Part shown: piece by piece, positions 13,000-25,149 of the stretch | Layout of the letters: each line of letters starts with the position of its first letter | Numbering within the stretch: the stretch's first letter is position 1 | Source of the DNA: Octopus sinensis | Lineage: Eukaryota | DNA: 64,000 bases | Reading direction: 5' to 3' | Assembly: GCF_006345805.1 (NCBI RefSeq) | Contig: NC_043007.1 | Coordinates: 10,478,001 to 10,542,000 of the forward strand | Notes under the pieces: generated by a model | What the model was told of the DNA's origin: nothing | Databases searched by the model: none | The model's input: only the letters and a program-made list of their open reading frames with translations | Made by a program: the position numbers and the translations under genes

Positions 13000-13695
13000 T
13001 CGAGAAGGATAATCTGGAAGGGTACCGGTTAGTATAGATAGAGGAGGTTATCTTAAGCTCGAATAACTATTTTATAGTTTAGTTAAGACTTAAATAAAAG
13101 AGGAGAATTTTGAAAACTGAAGAAAGAGAGTAACCGGTTTATCACTGAGACAAACAAGGAGCATGAGCAGGATGATAGAAAAGAGTTAGGTTTTATTAAG
13201 CAAGAAGTTAAGGAATATATTAAAACATTGCAAAATAAATGCCTTTTAGTAGCAGCGAATAAGGCTGCGGGAATTTCGAAATTTATTTGTAAAAAATATC
13301 AGTTGGTTTAGGTAACGAATTAGGATTAAGAAATGACTTCAACTCTAAAGTTAATTGTACTTATATAGTAGTATATGACAGTATAAACAATTCAATAAGA
13401 AAATTAATACCTGACTTTGGAATACTGAGTGGTTTCAGCGTATAAGAGATAGACAATATTATTCCAAAGTTTTTCTTTTAACTCCAGCAATGCATAAATT
13501 TCCATGTAAGAATAGATTTATTGAGAGTGACAGAAAGTGCATCAATAAACAACTATGTTACCTAATAATACAATAAAAATTGTTAGTCGTCCTTTTTAAG
13601 GTATTACAAAATAAATGTTTTGCAATTCGGGTGTTAGCTTGTTTTAGTGTATTAGGTCTTATACTGAAATTTTCAAGAAACTGCGAAAGCTTAAC
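13000..13695 (+). mobile_element. Penelope-like RT N-terminal relic
   Basis: LLVAANKAAGISKFICKKY (ADK motif) and PAMHKFPCKNRFI (PK.HK...RFI motif), with frameshifts. Confidence 0.6.
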
Positions 13696-13710
13696 ATAGT
13701 TCAGGCCATG

Positions 13711-13988
13711 TTAGTTCTTTTGTTCCTTCTGGAGCCATGCCTGGCTCATTAGAGCAGGTTTCCCGGTTTCTTGGCGTATAGGTTCCCCACCTATAGATGC
13801 AGGAGGAAAGACCGAGAGAAAGTTGTAGCGAAAGAATCAGCAGAAGTTTCGCCATTATCGTCTGCCGGAGTTGCGTGGAGCTTAGGTGTTTCGCTCATAA
13901 ACACACACATCGCCCGGTCTGAGATTCGAACGCGCGATCCCTCGACCGTGAGTCCGCTGCTCTAACCACTGGACCATGTGCCTCCACG
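13711..13988 (-). mobile_element. SINE family C with tail E-like, TSD-flanked
   Basis: 15-bp TSD ATAGTTCAGGCCATG at 13696-13710 and 13989-14003; matches 22044-22350. Confidence 0.85.
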
Positions 13989-14387
13989 ATAGTTCAGGCC
14001 ATGCATGTGTATGATTTCTTTTCACTATATACTAATCTACAATTTTTAAAGATATAGAATGTATATTTAAAATTATTGATATGGTATTTAATAAATTTAT
14101 GAATATATTTCCATCAGAAATGTTGACTGATTTAAAAAATAATCAAAATGTAAGCTTAATGATTTTCTTTCTTTAAATAAGAGCCGAATAAGGGAGACGA
14201 TTAGCCTTAATTACGCATATATTGCTTCAACAGAGAGATATTTAAATAAATTATGGGTATTCCAATGGATGGTAATGGAAATTGCATGCCACCAACTTCA
14301 AAGATGGTGATTACTTATTTCTTCCATGTCTCTTTTGAAGGAAATGCAAAAAGGCAACAATATACACACATACATATTTAATGTGCA

Positions 14388-14609
14388 TCTATTATATAAA
14401 ACCCGTTCTGTCTGTCTGTCTGTGTGTCTTCTAGGATCTCGGGCATCCTCCATCCGATTGCGCTCAAATTTGATATGTAGATAGCGACGGTATCAGGGCG
14501 TGTATAAGTCTTGAAAAAATTACAAAAATCGATACCGGGTGAGAATGCGATCGATAAAGCCGTGGGAACGTACATTTGTACGCGCAAGTACATCAGCTGT
14601 TGCCACTAG
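14388..14609 (+). mobile_element. Short Helitron-like element
   Basis: 5' A|TCTATTATATAAAA, (TCTG)n, subterminal CGTAC/GTACG hairpin, CTAG end. Confidence 0.55.
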
Positions 14610-16027
14610 CTTTTCCATGCCCTTGAACATCCCGTAAGGTAAGTTAGCTCAAAATTAGTTACTTAGTTCCCTAGGTTGTTGCTTTTCATCAAAAATCGCT
14701 TCTAATTGATTTCCTACATGTTTTATCGGATAAACTTATTATTGTCTCAGGTACGTTCTCATAAATTCATCATACTTTTCCATCTAGATTTACCTCCAGA
14801 TAACCCATTTGTATGCATCGTTTTTGTCCTGCTTTTCTTCCGTCAACCTGTACAAAACTGCACCATCCATTTTTTGTTGTTTTTGTACTGCTTAAAGGCA
14901 CGTTTCTTTCCTGCCAAGTTTACTGTTTAAACAATGTTTGTGTTCTCCCAGTCAACAGCCTTATCATTACTGGTACTTTGAACTCTTCGGTTGCATATTT
15001 ATGTGAATAAAATCGTTTTTCTTTGGAATAGAAAAAAGTATATCTTTATTTCTTCTTTTGCTGGTGTCTCAAATTTAGGTTAAATCAGTGTTTCTCAAAA
15101 GGGAGGCCTATGGAACGGTCGGACAAGTTGTTTTGAGAAAATTTGGTTTAAATATTTGACAACTCAGCACCGTCCATTGGACGGTGGGCGTTTTGCTCGT
15201 ATGTACATATCAGCAAACCATTAATTCCGGTGAATGCATTCACTCTTTGACAAGTCTTATCTTTCATCCCGCAGAGTGTCCAAAATTACATTCTTCATCA
15301 AACAAACCTGGTAGAGTTGCCACGTTAGTAAAGATGATCTGACCATGCAATAAGTTGTACTGGGTTACATGTCTGTCTATCTATTGTGATCAGATATCTC
15401 ACAAGCACACATACACACACAATCATACATACTTGCATATATGTGGAGCCATTGCAACGGAATTTAAGAGGAGGATGGATATCCATCTTGGTCCCTTCAC
15501 TAATATGAAAAAATTACATAACACATCACCAGCAAAATTAATCCGGCAATTAAAGGACTAATAAAATCACTCCACTTCCTTGTCCATTATACAGGAAGCT
15601 TTTTCCATATAAGGTAGGTAGGGTAGCTGTGATTTATGTTCTATGGAAGCAGTTGTGGTTTTAGGACGCAAATCTTGTCCAATCAATAAACGTAAGGAGC
15701 AACTGATCCAATGCATACATCAAATTAATGAACATTTTTCTTCAGAATGCCAATACAGTTTATCTCCGACTGGTCTTGGTTTTGGGTAAACTACTTATAA
15801 TATATTTCAACTAGGTCTGTACCGGAATCTCTTATTTCTACTTCGTCGCTTTTCCTCCTCTCGTTTGACTAATATTTGATAGTACCGAGACCCCTATTGT
15901 AAAACTACCAAAGGGACATCCTACAGTAAGGCCACCTAGACCTGCAAAACTGGGGCCGAAACAACTACAACAGAGTTTTACACATATAAATAGATGTGTG
16001 TGTGTGTGCGAGCGAGTTACATGCGTG

Positions 16028-16443
16028 TAATATCTTTACTACCCACAAGGGGCTAAACACAGAGAGGACAAACAAGGACAGACAAACGGATTAAGTCGAT
16101 TATATCGACCCCAGTGCGTAACTGGTACTTATTTAATCGACCGCGAAAGGGTGAAAGGCAAAGTCGACCTCGGCGGGATTTGAACTCAGAGCGTAGCGGC
16201 AGACGGAATACCTATTTCTTTATTACCCACAAGGGGCTAAACACAGAGGGGACAAACAAGGACAGACAAACGGATTAAGTCGATTATATCGACCCCAGTG
16301 CGTAACTGGTATTTATTTAATCGACCGCGAAAGAGTGAAAGGCAAAGTCGACCTCGGCGGGATTTGAACTCTGAGCGTAGCGGCAGACGAAATACCACTA
16401 AGCATTTCGCCCGGCATGCTAACGTTTCTGCCAGCTCGCGGCC
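16028..16443 (-). mobile_element. Tandem SINE family B copies
   Basis: Two head-to-tail units matching 24533-24766. Confidence 0.85.
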
Positions 16444-17160
16444 TTACATGCTTGTAATATCTTTAATGTAAGCTAATGAAATTAAAATGAACCCAAGTCA
16501 CATATGCTTATTTTACTTAGTATGCACTGTGCGATATATGTTCAGTTTTTTTGTGTGCGAAGAGGTGTCTGTGTTTATGTTTATGCTTACCAGTTTGAAC
16601 TTGAACTGGGAGAGGTTTATTTCCGAACGGTTGGGATGAATGTTTTAAAGTTCTTTTATCTGCTATTATGAACAGTATACTTAAGCATACCCATCCTCTT
16701 TTTTTTTTTGTTTTACTTTTTGTTTTCTCTATTTTTTTCTCTAAGCCAACAATCCGTGTCTCTCCCTCTGAAAGGAAATCATTCGCAATTAGTTGACAAA
16801 TTCCTCATTGTTCTCTTAGACGCTTTCGCCATTTCCCCCTACCTTTCTCTGTTTATTTTTTTATTTTTCTACTTTGTTTACTAAGTAGAAAACAAGTTTT
16901 TCTTTTTTTTCTGTGCTGTTCTCCTTCACTTCTTGCGTATTTTTCAATCTTTCACATCAAGAATTTGGCAAATCAAATACAAAAACAAAAATATCTTTCA
17001 CCGTTGTTTACTAAACGATTAGCTTTCTAATCTAATTTAAAATTTATTTTACTAGCTATTTAATTCTTTGATGGTCAGTTGGTGCAGGTGTAGAGCACAG
17101 CCAATCGTCCACTTCGCCTACTTGTAATAAATAACTGAAAGAATGCAAAAAAAAAAAAAA

Positions 17161-17171
17161 AAAAAAATAAA

Positions 17172-17225
<54 letters not shown>

Positions 17226-17227
17226 TA

Positions 17228-17260
<33 letters not shown>

Positions 17261-17670
17261 TAATAATAATAAACTATGACGATGATAATAGGGTTACCTT
17301 GTTTTTCGCCAATATCAGATTCTGATATTTGTAAACATGATTTATTTTCAATAAGTCTTTCAAAACATGACCTAAAATGTGATTTTCATACTACTCAAAC
17401 TTGAAGAATAATCCTAATTCAAATGTCAAAAAACTTTTACACGAAAAAACTTTAATCCATGTCGCTGCTATAAATTACTTCTTTAAACATTAGAAGCGAA
17501 CCAAGCTGGATACATTCTAATACTATAGCTTTTCACTACACATATTTTTAGCTCCAAAAAAAAAAAGACTTTTAATTACACGTTTACAGAATCGTAAAAC
17601 GTATTTATTAAAATGACAACATAATAATAATAATAATAATAATAATATAATAATAATAATAATAATAATA

Positions 17671-17709
<39 letters not shown>

Positions 17710-17874
17710 TTTCATAGCTCACAGGCATTAGTTTTTTGCTGTTTTTTTTTTCTCAATCGCATAGCATTCCAGTACCTTGCATCATTAGATACAAGACTTG
17801 TCCCTTGACGTCACTAACTGAGATTCAGGTGCGGCTTGTAAAACCTAAAGCAAAGGCAAATAATAATAATAATA

Positions 17875-17930
<56 letters not shown>

Positions 17931-18080
17931 ACAAAACACTTACAGTAACCATCAAAGCACCACAACAAATCACAGCACACACCCAAGGCACACAGAGCTG
18001 CGCTCGGTAGTGAAGTGAAAGCACGCAATAAAAATAAAACTACAGAATAATAATAATAATAATAATGATAATAATAATTG
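17161..18080. repeat. Cluster of (TAA)n microsatellites
   Basis: Arrays at ~17165-17270, 17620-17710, 17860-17930 and 18045-18075. Confidence 0.95.
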
Positions 18081-18258
18081 TGGTGGTACAAGGATAAAAC
18101 AAGTGCTACGGGTGTCACATTTATTCTTCGACCTTATAAAATCAAAATGTCAATTTCACCAAGATTTTATATATAATTCTGGATTTTGTATTCGGTAAAA
18201 AAAAAAAGAAATTGTTAGTAAAAATAAATAAATAAATGGATAAAATAATACAAGGAAA

Positions 18259-18592
18259 ATGCTTGTGAAGTATTCTATTATTATTGGAATTATCCTTTTC
18301 GTTGATCCTGTGGCACTGGTTATCAGAGAAAGTAGTTGTGCACCATTAATTCTTTTTAACCGCTACAGATTACAGTTTCCTGTGTTCAGATATAGAGCAG
18401 AAATTAGAGAAACGTGTCAACGTTATGGAGGACATTGGTTGGAACGACGTTGCAGCTTAGCACCAGTGTTCAAAATCGAAATAGAATGTTGTCTCTTCGG
18501 TTCAAGGATTCCAGCTTCCCGCTGTAGGATGTCGATATGCGACAGAAAGGGAACGCGACTGACTACCTGGGAAAATGGGCCGCCATACAAAG
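18259..18592 (+). CDS. Candidate exon(s) of a small secreted Cys-rich peptide (unverified)
   Basis: Hydrophobic N-terminus MLVKYSIIIGIILFV; C-x11-C-x11-CC-x10-C-x4-C; AG acceptors at 18368/18375/18389; strong donor AAG|GTAAGG after 18592. Confidence 0.3.
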
Positions 18593-18619
18593 GTAAGGAA
18601 AAATTTCTTACATCTTGTA

Positions 18620-18975
18620 ACTTCTGTTTTGTTTCAGTCATTGGATTGAGGCCATGCTGGAGCGACGCCTTGAAGTGTTTAATTAAACAAAATTGATCCC
18701 AGTATTTATTTTTTAAAGTTTGGCACTTATTCTATTGGTCTCTTTGTCGAACCACGGGAACATAAACAAACTATCACCGGCTGATAAGTGGTAATGAGGG
18801 ATAAACACACAAACACTCACCACACATACACAGGCTTCGACGCAGTTCTTTTCTGTCTACCAAATTTATCCTTATGCCATTGAATAACTCGTAACTATAG
18901 TAGAAAACACTTGTTTAAGATGCCACGCAGTAGGACTGACCTTAAAACCTTGTGGTTCCAAAGTATGCTTCTTAA
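18620..18975 (-). mobile_element. Diverged SINE family A
   Basis: Degenerate reverse complement of 32959-33368. Confidence 0.75.
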
Positions 18976-19248
18976 CCACATAGACATACTTGTGCCAATG
19001 GAAAAAGAATTATGATCCGGTTCTCTAATTTTTAATTTATGTGGTTGATTTTAGTTTTTATGATCAAGCTTCACTGTGAACCCATTCTGTTGTTACTCGA
19101 ATATTTTATTCTTCGAAATAAGATGAGAAAACTAAATACTCCAATCAGAATATGTTCATCTTGGACGGCTTTAAAAATTACTACAAAAATACGTTGATGT
19201 CTGTGGGAAACATTCTTGCATAAATGTTACTACATATTTACATGGACA

Positions 19249-19296
<48 letters not shown>

Positions 19297-19664
19297 TGTG
19301 CATGATGTGTGTACATATAAATCAATATATAGGCATGCACATAGACATGCACATACACATATACGCATAAAAATATAGGTAAATAAATATACACAATCAG
19401 ACATACTTTATATTTATAACTGCCACACGTTATACCTCTAACGTAGCTGATGTTATACGTTGTATTAACAATAAGCGGCTAAGCTACCCACAAAGCGTTA
19501 AGATTAACAATATCCGTACACAAAACCCTAGACCGCAAGAGATATAAAGCCACTTAAATCGGACAGGCAACCAGCATCCCGAATATTAATACCGGGTTCA
19601 ATTCACCTTCCTTTCAACAGAACATGATTTTGATACAAATCCTGTGAACAGTAATGTTTCTGCG

Positions 19665-20286
19665 TGAAGGCGCGTGGCTTAGTGGTTAGGGCATTCGGCT
19701 CATGATCGTAAGGTTGTGAGTTCGATTCCCGGCGACGCGTTGTGTCCTTGAGCAAGACACTTTATTTCACGTTGCTCCAGTCCACTCAGCTGGCAAAAAT
19801 GAGTTGTACTTGTATTTCAAAGGGTCAGCCTTGTCACTCTCTGTGTCACGCTGATTATCCCCGAGAACTACGTTAAGGGTACACGTGTCTGTGGAATGCT
19901 CAGCCATTTGCACGTTAATTTCACGAGCAAGCTGTTCCGTTGATCGTATCAGCTGGGATCCTCGTCGTAGTAACCGGCGGAGTCTTTAAAAGGACATTCG
20001 ACTGACGATTGTAAGGTCGTGAGTTCGATTCCCGGCGATGCGTTGTGTCCTTGAGCAAGACACTTTATTTCACGTTGCTCCAGTCCACTCAGCTGGCAAA
20101 AATAAGTACCTGTATTTCAAAGGGCCGGCCTTGTCACACTCTGTGTCACGCTGATTATCCCCGAGAACTACGTTAAGGGTACTCATGTATGTGGATTGTT
20201 CAGTCACTTGCATGTTAATTTCACGAGCAAGCTGTTCCGTTGATCGTATCAGCTGGGACCCTCGTCGTCGTAACCGACGGAGTGCT
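19665..20286 (+). mobile_element. Two tandem SINE family D copies
   Basis: tRNA-like head (TGGCTTAGTGG, GAGTTCGATTCC), central GTGTCCTTGAGCAAGACAC block, unit repeated twice. Confidence 0.9.
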
Positions 20287-20602
20287 CCTATATATATATA
20301 TAATGTTTCTGATGATAACAACAGCCATGGTATTAAATACAAATATGTTAATCCTAACAACCATTTCGATAATAAGACTGGTGGTATTCTTAATGAACAC
20401 AGTGATGGCATTGAGCGCAGTAATCTGAAGCACACGCTACGTGGGCCCACAAATAGATTGTGTAATTGTAATAGTAAATGCCCTGCCCCACCTCGTGTCC
20501 ATTAGATAATATGTGTCTAGTCAGTATATTTTTATCAATGTGAAGTTATTACAAATCAGACAACATATTTTTACATAGGCCCTTCTTGCAAAGATTTTAA
20601 GC

Positions 20603-21491
20603 CAATTTCATATGACACCACTAGAAAAAATTGCCGTTCAAACCGAAAAGATCCGGATTTATGACAGAGAAAATATTATGCAATCGATGCTTATTATAAG
20701 TCACAATAATTCATCAAATCTATTAATAATACTTTCTATTATATTTACAAAGCCCGAAATTTTGTAGGAGGGAACTAGTCGATCACATCGAACTCAACTA
20801 GTACTTATTTTATCGATTCCGAAATGGTAAAAGGAAAAGTCAACCTCAGCAGAATTTGAATTCAATTGTGAAAACAAACGAAATGTCAGCAAGTATTATG
20901 TTCAACGTGCTAACGATTCTGCTAGCTCACCGTCTTATTAAATCTCATAATAATGCCATAATCTCTGTAATACATAGGTGATACTTATTATAACTCACAA
21001 GGAGATTTAAATCTGAAGTTAAAGCAAATTGCACATCTTTAACTAAAGTAGACTACACTATCAGATAGTCAATCGTTCAACGTGCGAAACCCAATAGCAG
21101 TTATAATAAGTATCCCCCATGTATTACAGAGATTATGGCATTATTATGAGATTTAATAAGACGGCGAGCTAGCAGAATCGTTAGCACGTTGAACATAATA
21201 CTTGCTGACATTTCGTTTGTTTTCCCAATTGAATTCAAATTCTGCTGAGGTTGACTTTTCCTTTAACCATTTCGGAGTCGATAAAATAAGTACCAGTTGA
21301 GTTCGATGTGATCGACTAGTTCCTTCCTACAAAATTTCGGGCTTTGTAAATATAATAGAAAGTATTATTAATAGATTTGATGAATTATTGTGACTTATAA
21401 TAAGCATTGATTACATAATATTTTCTCTGTCATAAATCCGGATCTTTTCGGTTTGAACGGCAAATTTTTCTAGTGGTGTCATATGAAATTG
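20603..21491. repeat. Fold-back inverted duplication, 393-bp arms, 103-nt spacer
   Basis: 20603-20995 is the reverse complement of 21099-21491 with about 11 mismatches. Confidence 0.95.
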
Positions 21492-21882
21492 TCACCCATA
21501 ATTATGACCCTTGTATCGATCTATTGCATTTCAATCTGTTTTAGGGTTAGGTTTAATTAGGGTTAATTAGGTTTAGGGTTAGGGTTAGGGTTAGGGGTGG
21601 GGGGAAAGGTATCTTTTTTTTTCTTCACAAATGTAAATAAACCCAATCTGTTTCTTAAACGAGGGACATATTCATACGGCACAGAATGTTTTTTACCTTA
21701 ATGGACGTCAGTGATTGGTTGAAATTGCAGAAATTGAAGAAAAAATCAACAAATATCTTACAAACTATAGAATTTTGTCAATAAAGCCAAGAGAAAAAGA
21801 CATTCTACCAGTATACGAAATTAAAAATTTTTTAGTTACCTAGAAATTATGTTAAAAACTGCCGATCAAACCGAAAAGATCC
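21440..21882. mobile_element. Second copy of the Merlin-like MITE with TTAGGG repeats
   Basis: Same TIR as 169-789, opposite orientation; 8-bp TSD ATAAATCC at 21432-21439 and 21883-21890; TTAGGG tract 21541-21594. Confidence 0.8.
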
Positions 21883-21937
21883 ATAAATCCTAATTCCCAT
21901 TATACAATACTAGTAACTTCCTCTTAATTTGTAGTTA

Positions 21938-22350
21938 AAGGCGACGAGCTTGCAGAATCGTTAGCATGCCGAGCGAAATGCTTAGCGGTGTTTCGTTTGC
22001 TGCTACGTTCTGAGTTCAAATTCCGCCGAGGTCGACTTTGCCTGTGGAGGCACATGGCCTAGTGGCTAGAGCAGCGGACTCGCAGTCGAGGGATCGCGCG
22101 TTCGAATCTCAGACCGGGCGATCTGTGTGTTTATGAGCGAAACACCTAAGTTCCGCGCGGCTCCGGCAGAAGGTAATGGCGAAACTTCTGTTGACTCTTT
22201 CGCCACAACTTTCTCTCAGTCTTTCCTCCTGCATCTTGCAGCTCACCTGCGACGGACCGGCGTCCCGTCCAGATGGGGAACCTATACGCCAAGAAACCGG
22301 GAAACCGGCCCTTATGAGCCAGGCATGGCTCGAGAAGGAACAAACAACAG
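21938..22350 (+). mobile_element. SINE B head followed by a SINE C copy
   Basis: 21938-22043 matches the family B 5' end; 22044-22350 matches 13711-13988. Confidence 0.8.
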
Positions 22351-23654
22351 CAATTTGTAGTTAATGATAGCTCTTCAGGTACCTTAATATTTCTTTGCTC
22401 ATGGCTAGTACAATAGCTATTTAACAATGTTCATGACATTCATCTTGCTTGGTTTTATTAACATGTATACGAAACAGGATTCTACATGACCTTTTCGTGT
22501 TGCTACTGCATGGCGGTGTCTTCATTCGGCTAACCCGTATCCTACCCAACACGTATGGAAAGGGTACTACGTTCACTTGTTACATCACTTATCCCTATTC
22601 ACTCTATTCGATTATACTTTTGGAATTTCTCCTTAGCACCTTAATTTTTAGCAGGTATGTTATATACATATATATAAAATTAGAAAAAAAAAACACGTTT
22701 TATCAATTCAAAATGAACAATTAAGTTACACCATCTAGAAAATTACATATAATAGAAAAGTTAAAATTTAAATAACAATAAAATGTAAAGATTAAGTAAA
22801 TTGCAAAAATAATAATAAAAACGTATATAATAGGTATATAATAAGTTTGGATTTTATTCCCTCAAATAATAATTATTATATATATATATATATATATTGC
22901 TTAAGGGTTTTATATTGTCATGTTTCTTTTGCACTTCACTTTTATACTATTGGATTTTCTATTTCTTCGGCGTATCATGTTACATCCTGCCAATTTATAT
23001 ATTTTTATCCACTCATATATGCGAGTTTACCTTTATCATTTTTTTCACACATACTTCATAGTTGCGTAAGACGCATGTTTCAGTTTTGTCTTAACTCTTA
23101 TTATCTATATCTTTTTTCTGTTTGTTCTTTCTTTACCTTTCAACGATCTTTAAACGTGTGGACTTTTGTGTATATGATTGTGTGCATGCTTCTTTTTTGT
23201 GTTTACTCATTTGTAACTACATTTCATTTTTGTTAACTTGTTTCATTTCGGCGTTTTATGTGTTACTGCTTTCTTTTGCCTATCGTTACATTTAGCATTG
23301 TGTCACTGCTTTACTTTCGATTGTCACATTTAGCAATATATATAAATTTATGTATATGTAAAAAAATACAAACTGGGACAAGAGCGCAAAACATTTAGAA
23401 GATGATACAAAAAACACGGACGGGACATACGAAGCCTTCAATCTTCAGTCAAGAACCGGATCATCCTCGCAATTTCGGCTGATTAATCTTGAGATCGCTC
23501 CGATCCGGCCAACCCCAAGGAAAAACTAAGCTACGAGCATTAGATTTCTTGGAAAAAGGATCGAATGTATACGAAACAAGGACAGAAAAACGGACGATGC
23601 CATGCGAATATAAATACAAAAAACAAAGAAAATCAGCAACAAGAATGACTCCGG

Positions 23655-23748
23655 TAATTTAGTACAATTGTTTCGCACTACATCATTTTATTAAAAGTTG
23701 TAAGTATTACAGCAGATTTAAGATGCTGAATGCTCATCAGCCAATTAC
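23655..23748 (-). ncRNA. Type I hammerhead ribozyme core (long stem II)
   Basis: aattgg-CTGATGA-gcat...gtgc-GAAA-C AATT GT-A|ctaaatt. Confidence 0.65.
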
Positions 23749-24212
23749 ATAGGTTTTCCATTAATATAAAAGCTTTCAAATCAAGTAGCAACATTATAGA
23801 GAAGGTAGATATACAGACAAAGATATAGATTTAAATTTTAAGAACATATGAGGTGGTGAAGTCCAACCACTGACTGACCACGCTATGGCTGTATCTAACT
23901 GCTATAATGTTAGAAGTAATAAAGATTTTTTAGTTGTAGGAATGGGGTAAAGGAGGTTTCAGAATACCATAAAAGGAATTCAAGTTGAAGACAGTAGTTG
24001 CCACTAACAAAATGCCAATTACTACTATTTGGTGAGAGAAACTAGGTGAATGTCAAATGGTCATTAATCCCCTTTACAGAGAGTAGGGAAAAAACCTATC
24101 ACTTATTATTATGAGTAGGCATAGTATTTTATATATATATACGTTTCTGTGTATTTACGGAGGTATTCGGAGTCATACTGTTTTCATTAGTATTGCACAG
24201 CAGATGCATTCG

Positions 24213-24532
24213 ATTGTAACTACTGGCGCTCCATCGGTTATGACGAAATGAATTTCAGTTGATCCCATCATCGGAACAACCCGATCCTGGAATTAACGTG
24301 CATGTGGTTGAGCACCCCATAAACACGTGTACCCTTAATGTAGTTCTCAAGAAGATTCAGCGTAACACAGATTGTGACAAAGCTGATCCTTTGACATACA
24401 GGTACAACTCAATTTTGGCAGCTGAGTGGACTGGAGCAAAGTGAAAAGAAAGTCTCTTGCCCAAGGACACAACGTGCTGCTGGAACTCGAACTCGTGATC
24501 TTGCGGTCATGAGCCGAATACTCTAACCACTA
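24213..24532 (-). mobile_element. SINE family D, head interrupted by a SINE B insertion
   Basis: Reverse complement of 19665-19985. Confidence 0.8.
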
Positions 24533-24766
24533 GAAGGCGGCGAGCTGGTAGAAACATTAGCACGCCGGGCGAAATTCGTAGCCGTATTTCGTCTGTCGTT
24601 ACGTTCCGAGTTCAAATTCCGCCGAGGTCGACTTTGCCTTTCATCCTTTCGGGGTCGATAAATTAAGTACCAGTTACGCACTGGAGTCGATGTAGTCGAC
24701 TTAATCCCTTTGTCTGTCCTTGTTTGTCCCCTCTGTGTTTAGCCCCTTGTGGGTAGTAAAGAAATA
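24533..24766 (+). mobile_element. Full-length SINE family B
   Basis: 17-bp TSD GAATACTCTAACCACTA at 24516-24532 and 24767-24783; tRNA-like head. Confidence 0.9.
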
Positions 24767-25113
24767 GAATACTCTAACCACTAAGCCTAATGCATTCATA
24801 CTCTAACCACTAATGCAATCAGTAACCCCTTTGAAACAGCTGTAGTGCTCGGCTACTTATACTCTTTTCATTTACAGACTTGATTATCGCATAATAAGCA
24901 ATATTTGTCGCTTTCAAATAAGAGCTGCATACCATATGTTATCTTATGGAAATTTCCTGTCTGATTTCAATATAACAAAGTGTAATTGATGCATTGATTA
25001 ATAAACTTTATTGATCGATTTTCGTTTCATTTGTGATTACTATACAAACCTTGTTTATGATAGAGATTAACTGTTGTTACCACGACTGACTGGTAATACA
25101 TACATACATACAT

Positions 25114-25144
<31 letters not shown>

Positions 25145-25149
25145 TACAT

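Noticed and set aside
14700-15960. Possible further Penelope-like coding relic
   Set aside because: Motifs are too degenerate to assign strand or family by eye; a profile search is needed.
16028-16443. CRISPR-like or satellite arrays
   Set aside because: These are tandem SINE copies without a repeat-spacer structure, in a eukaryotic context.
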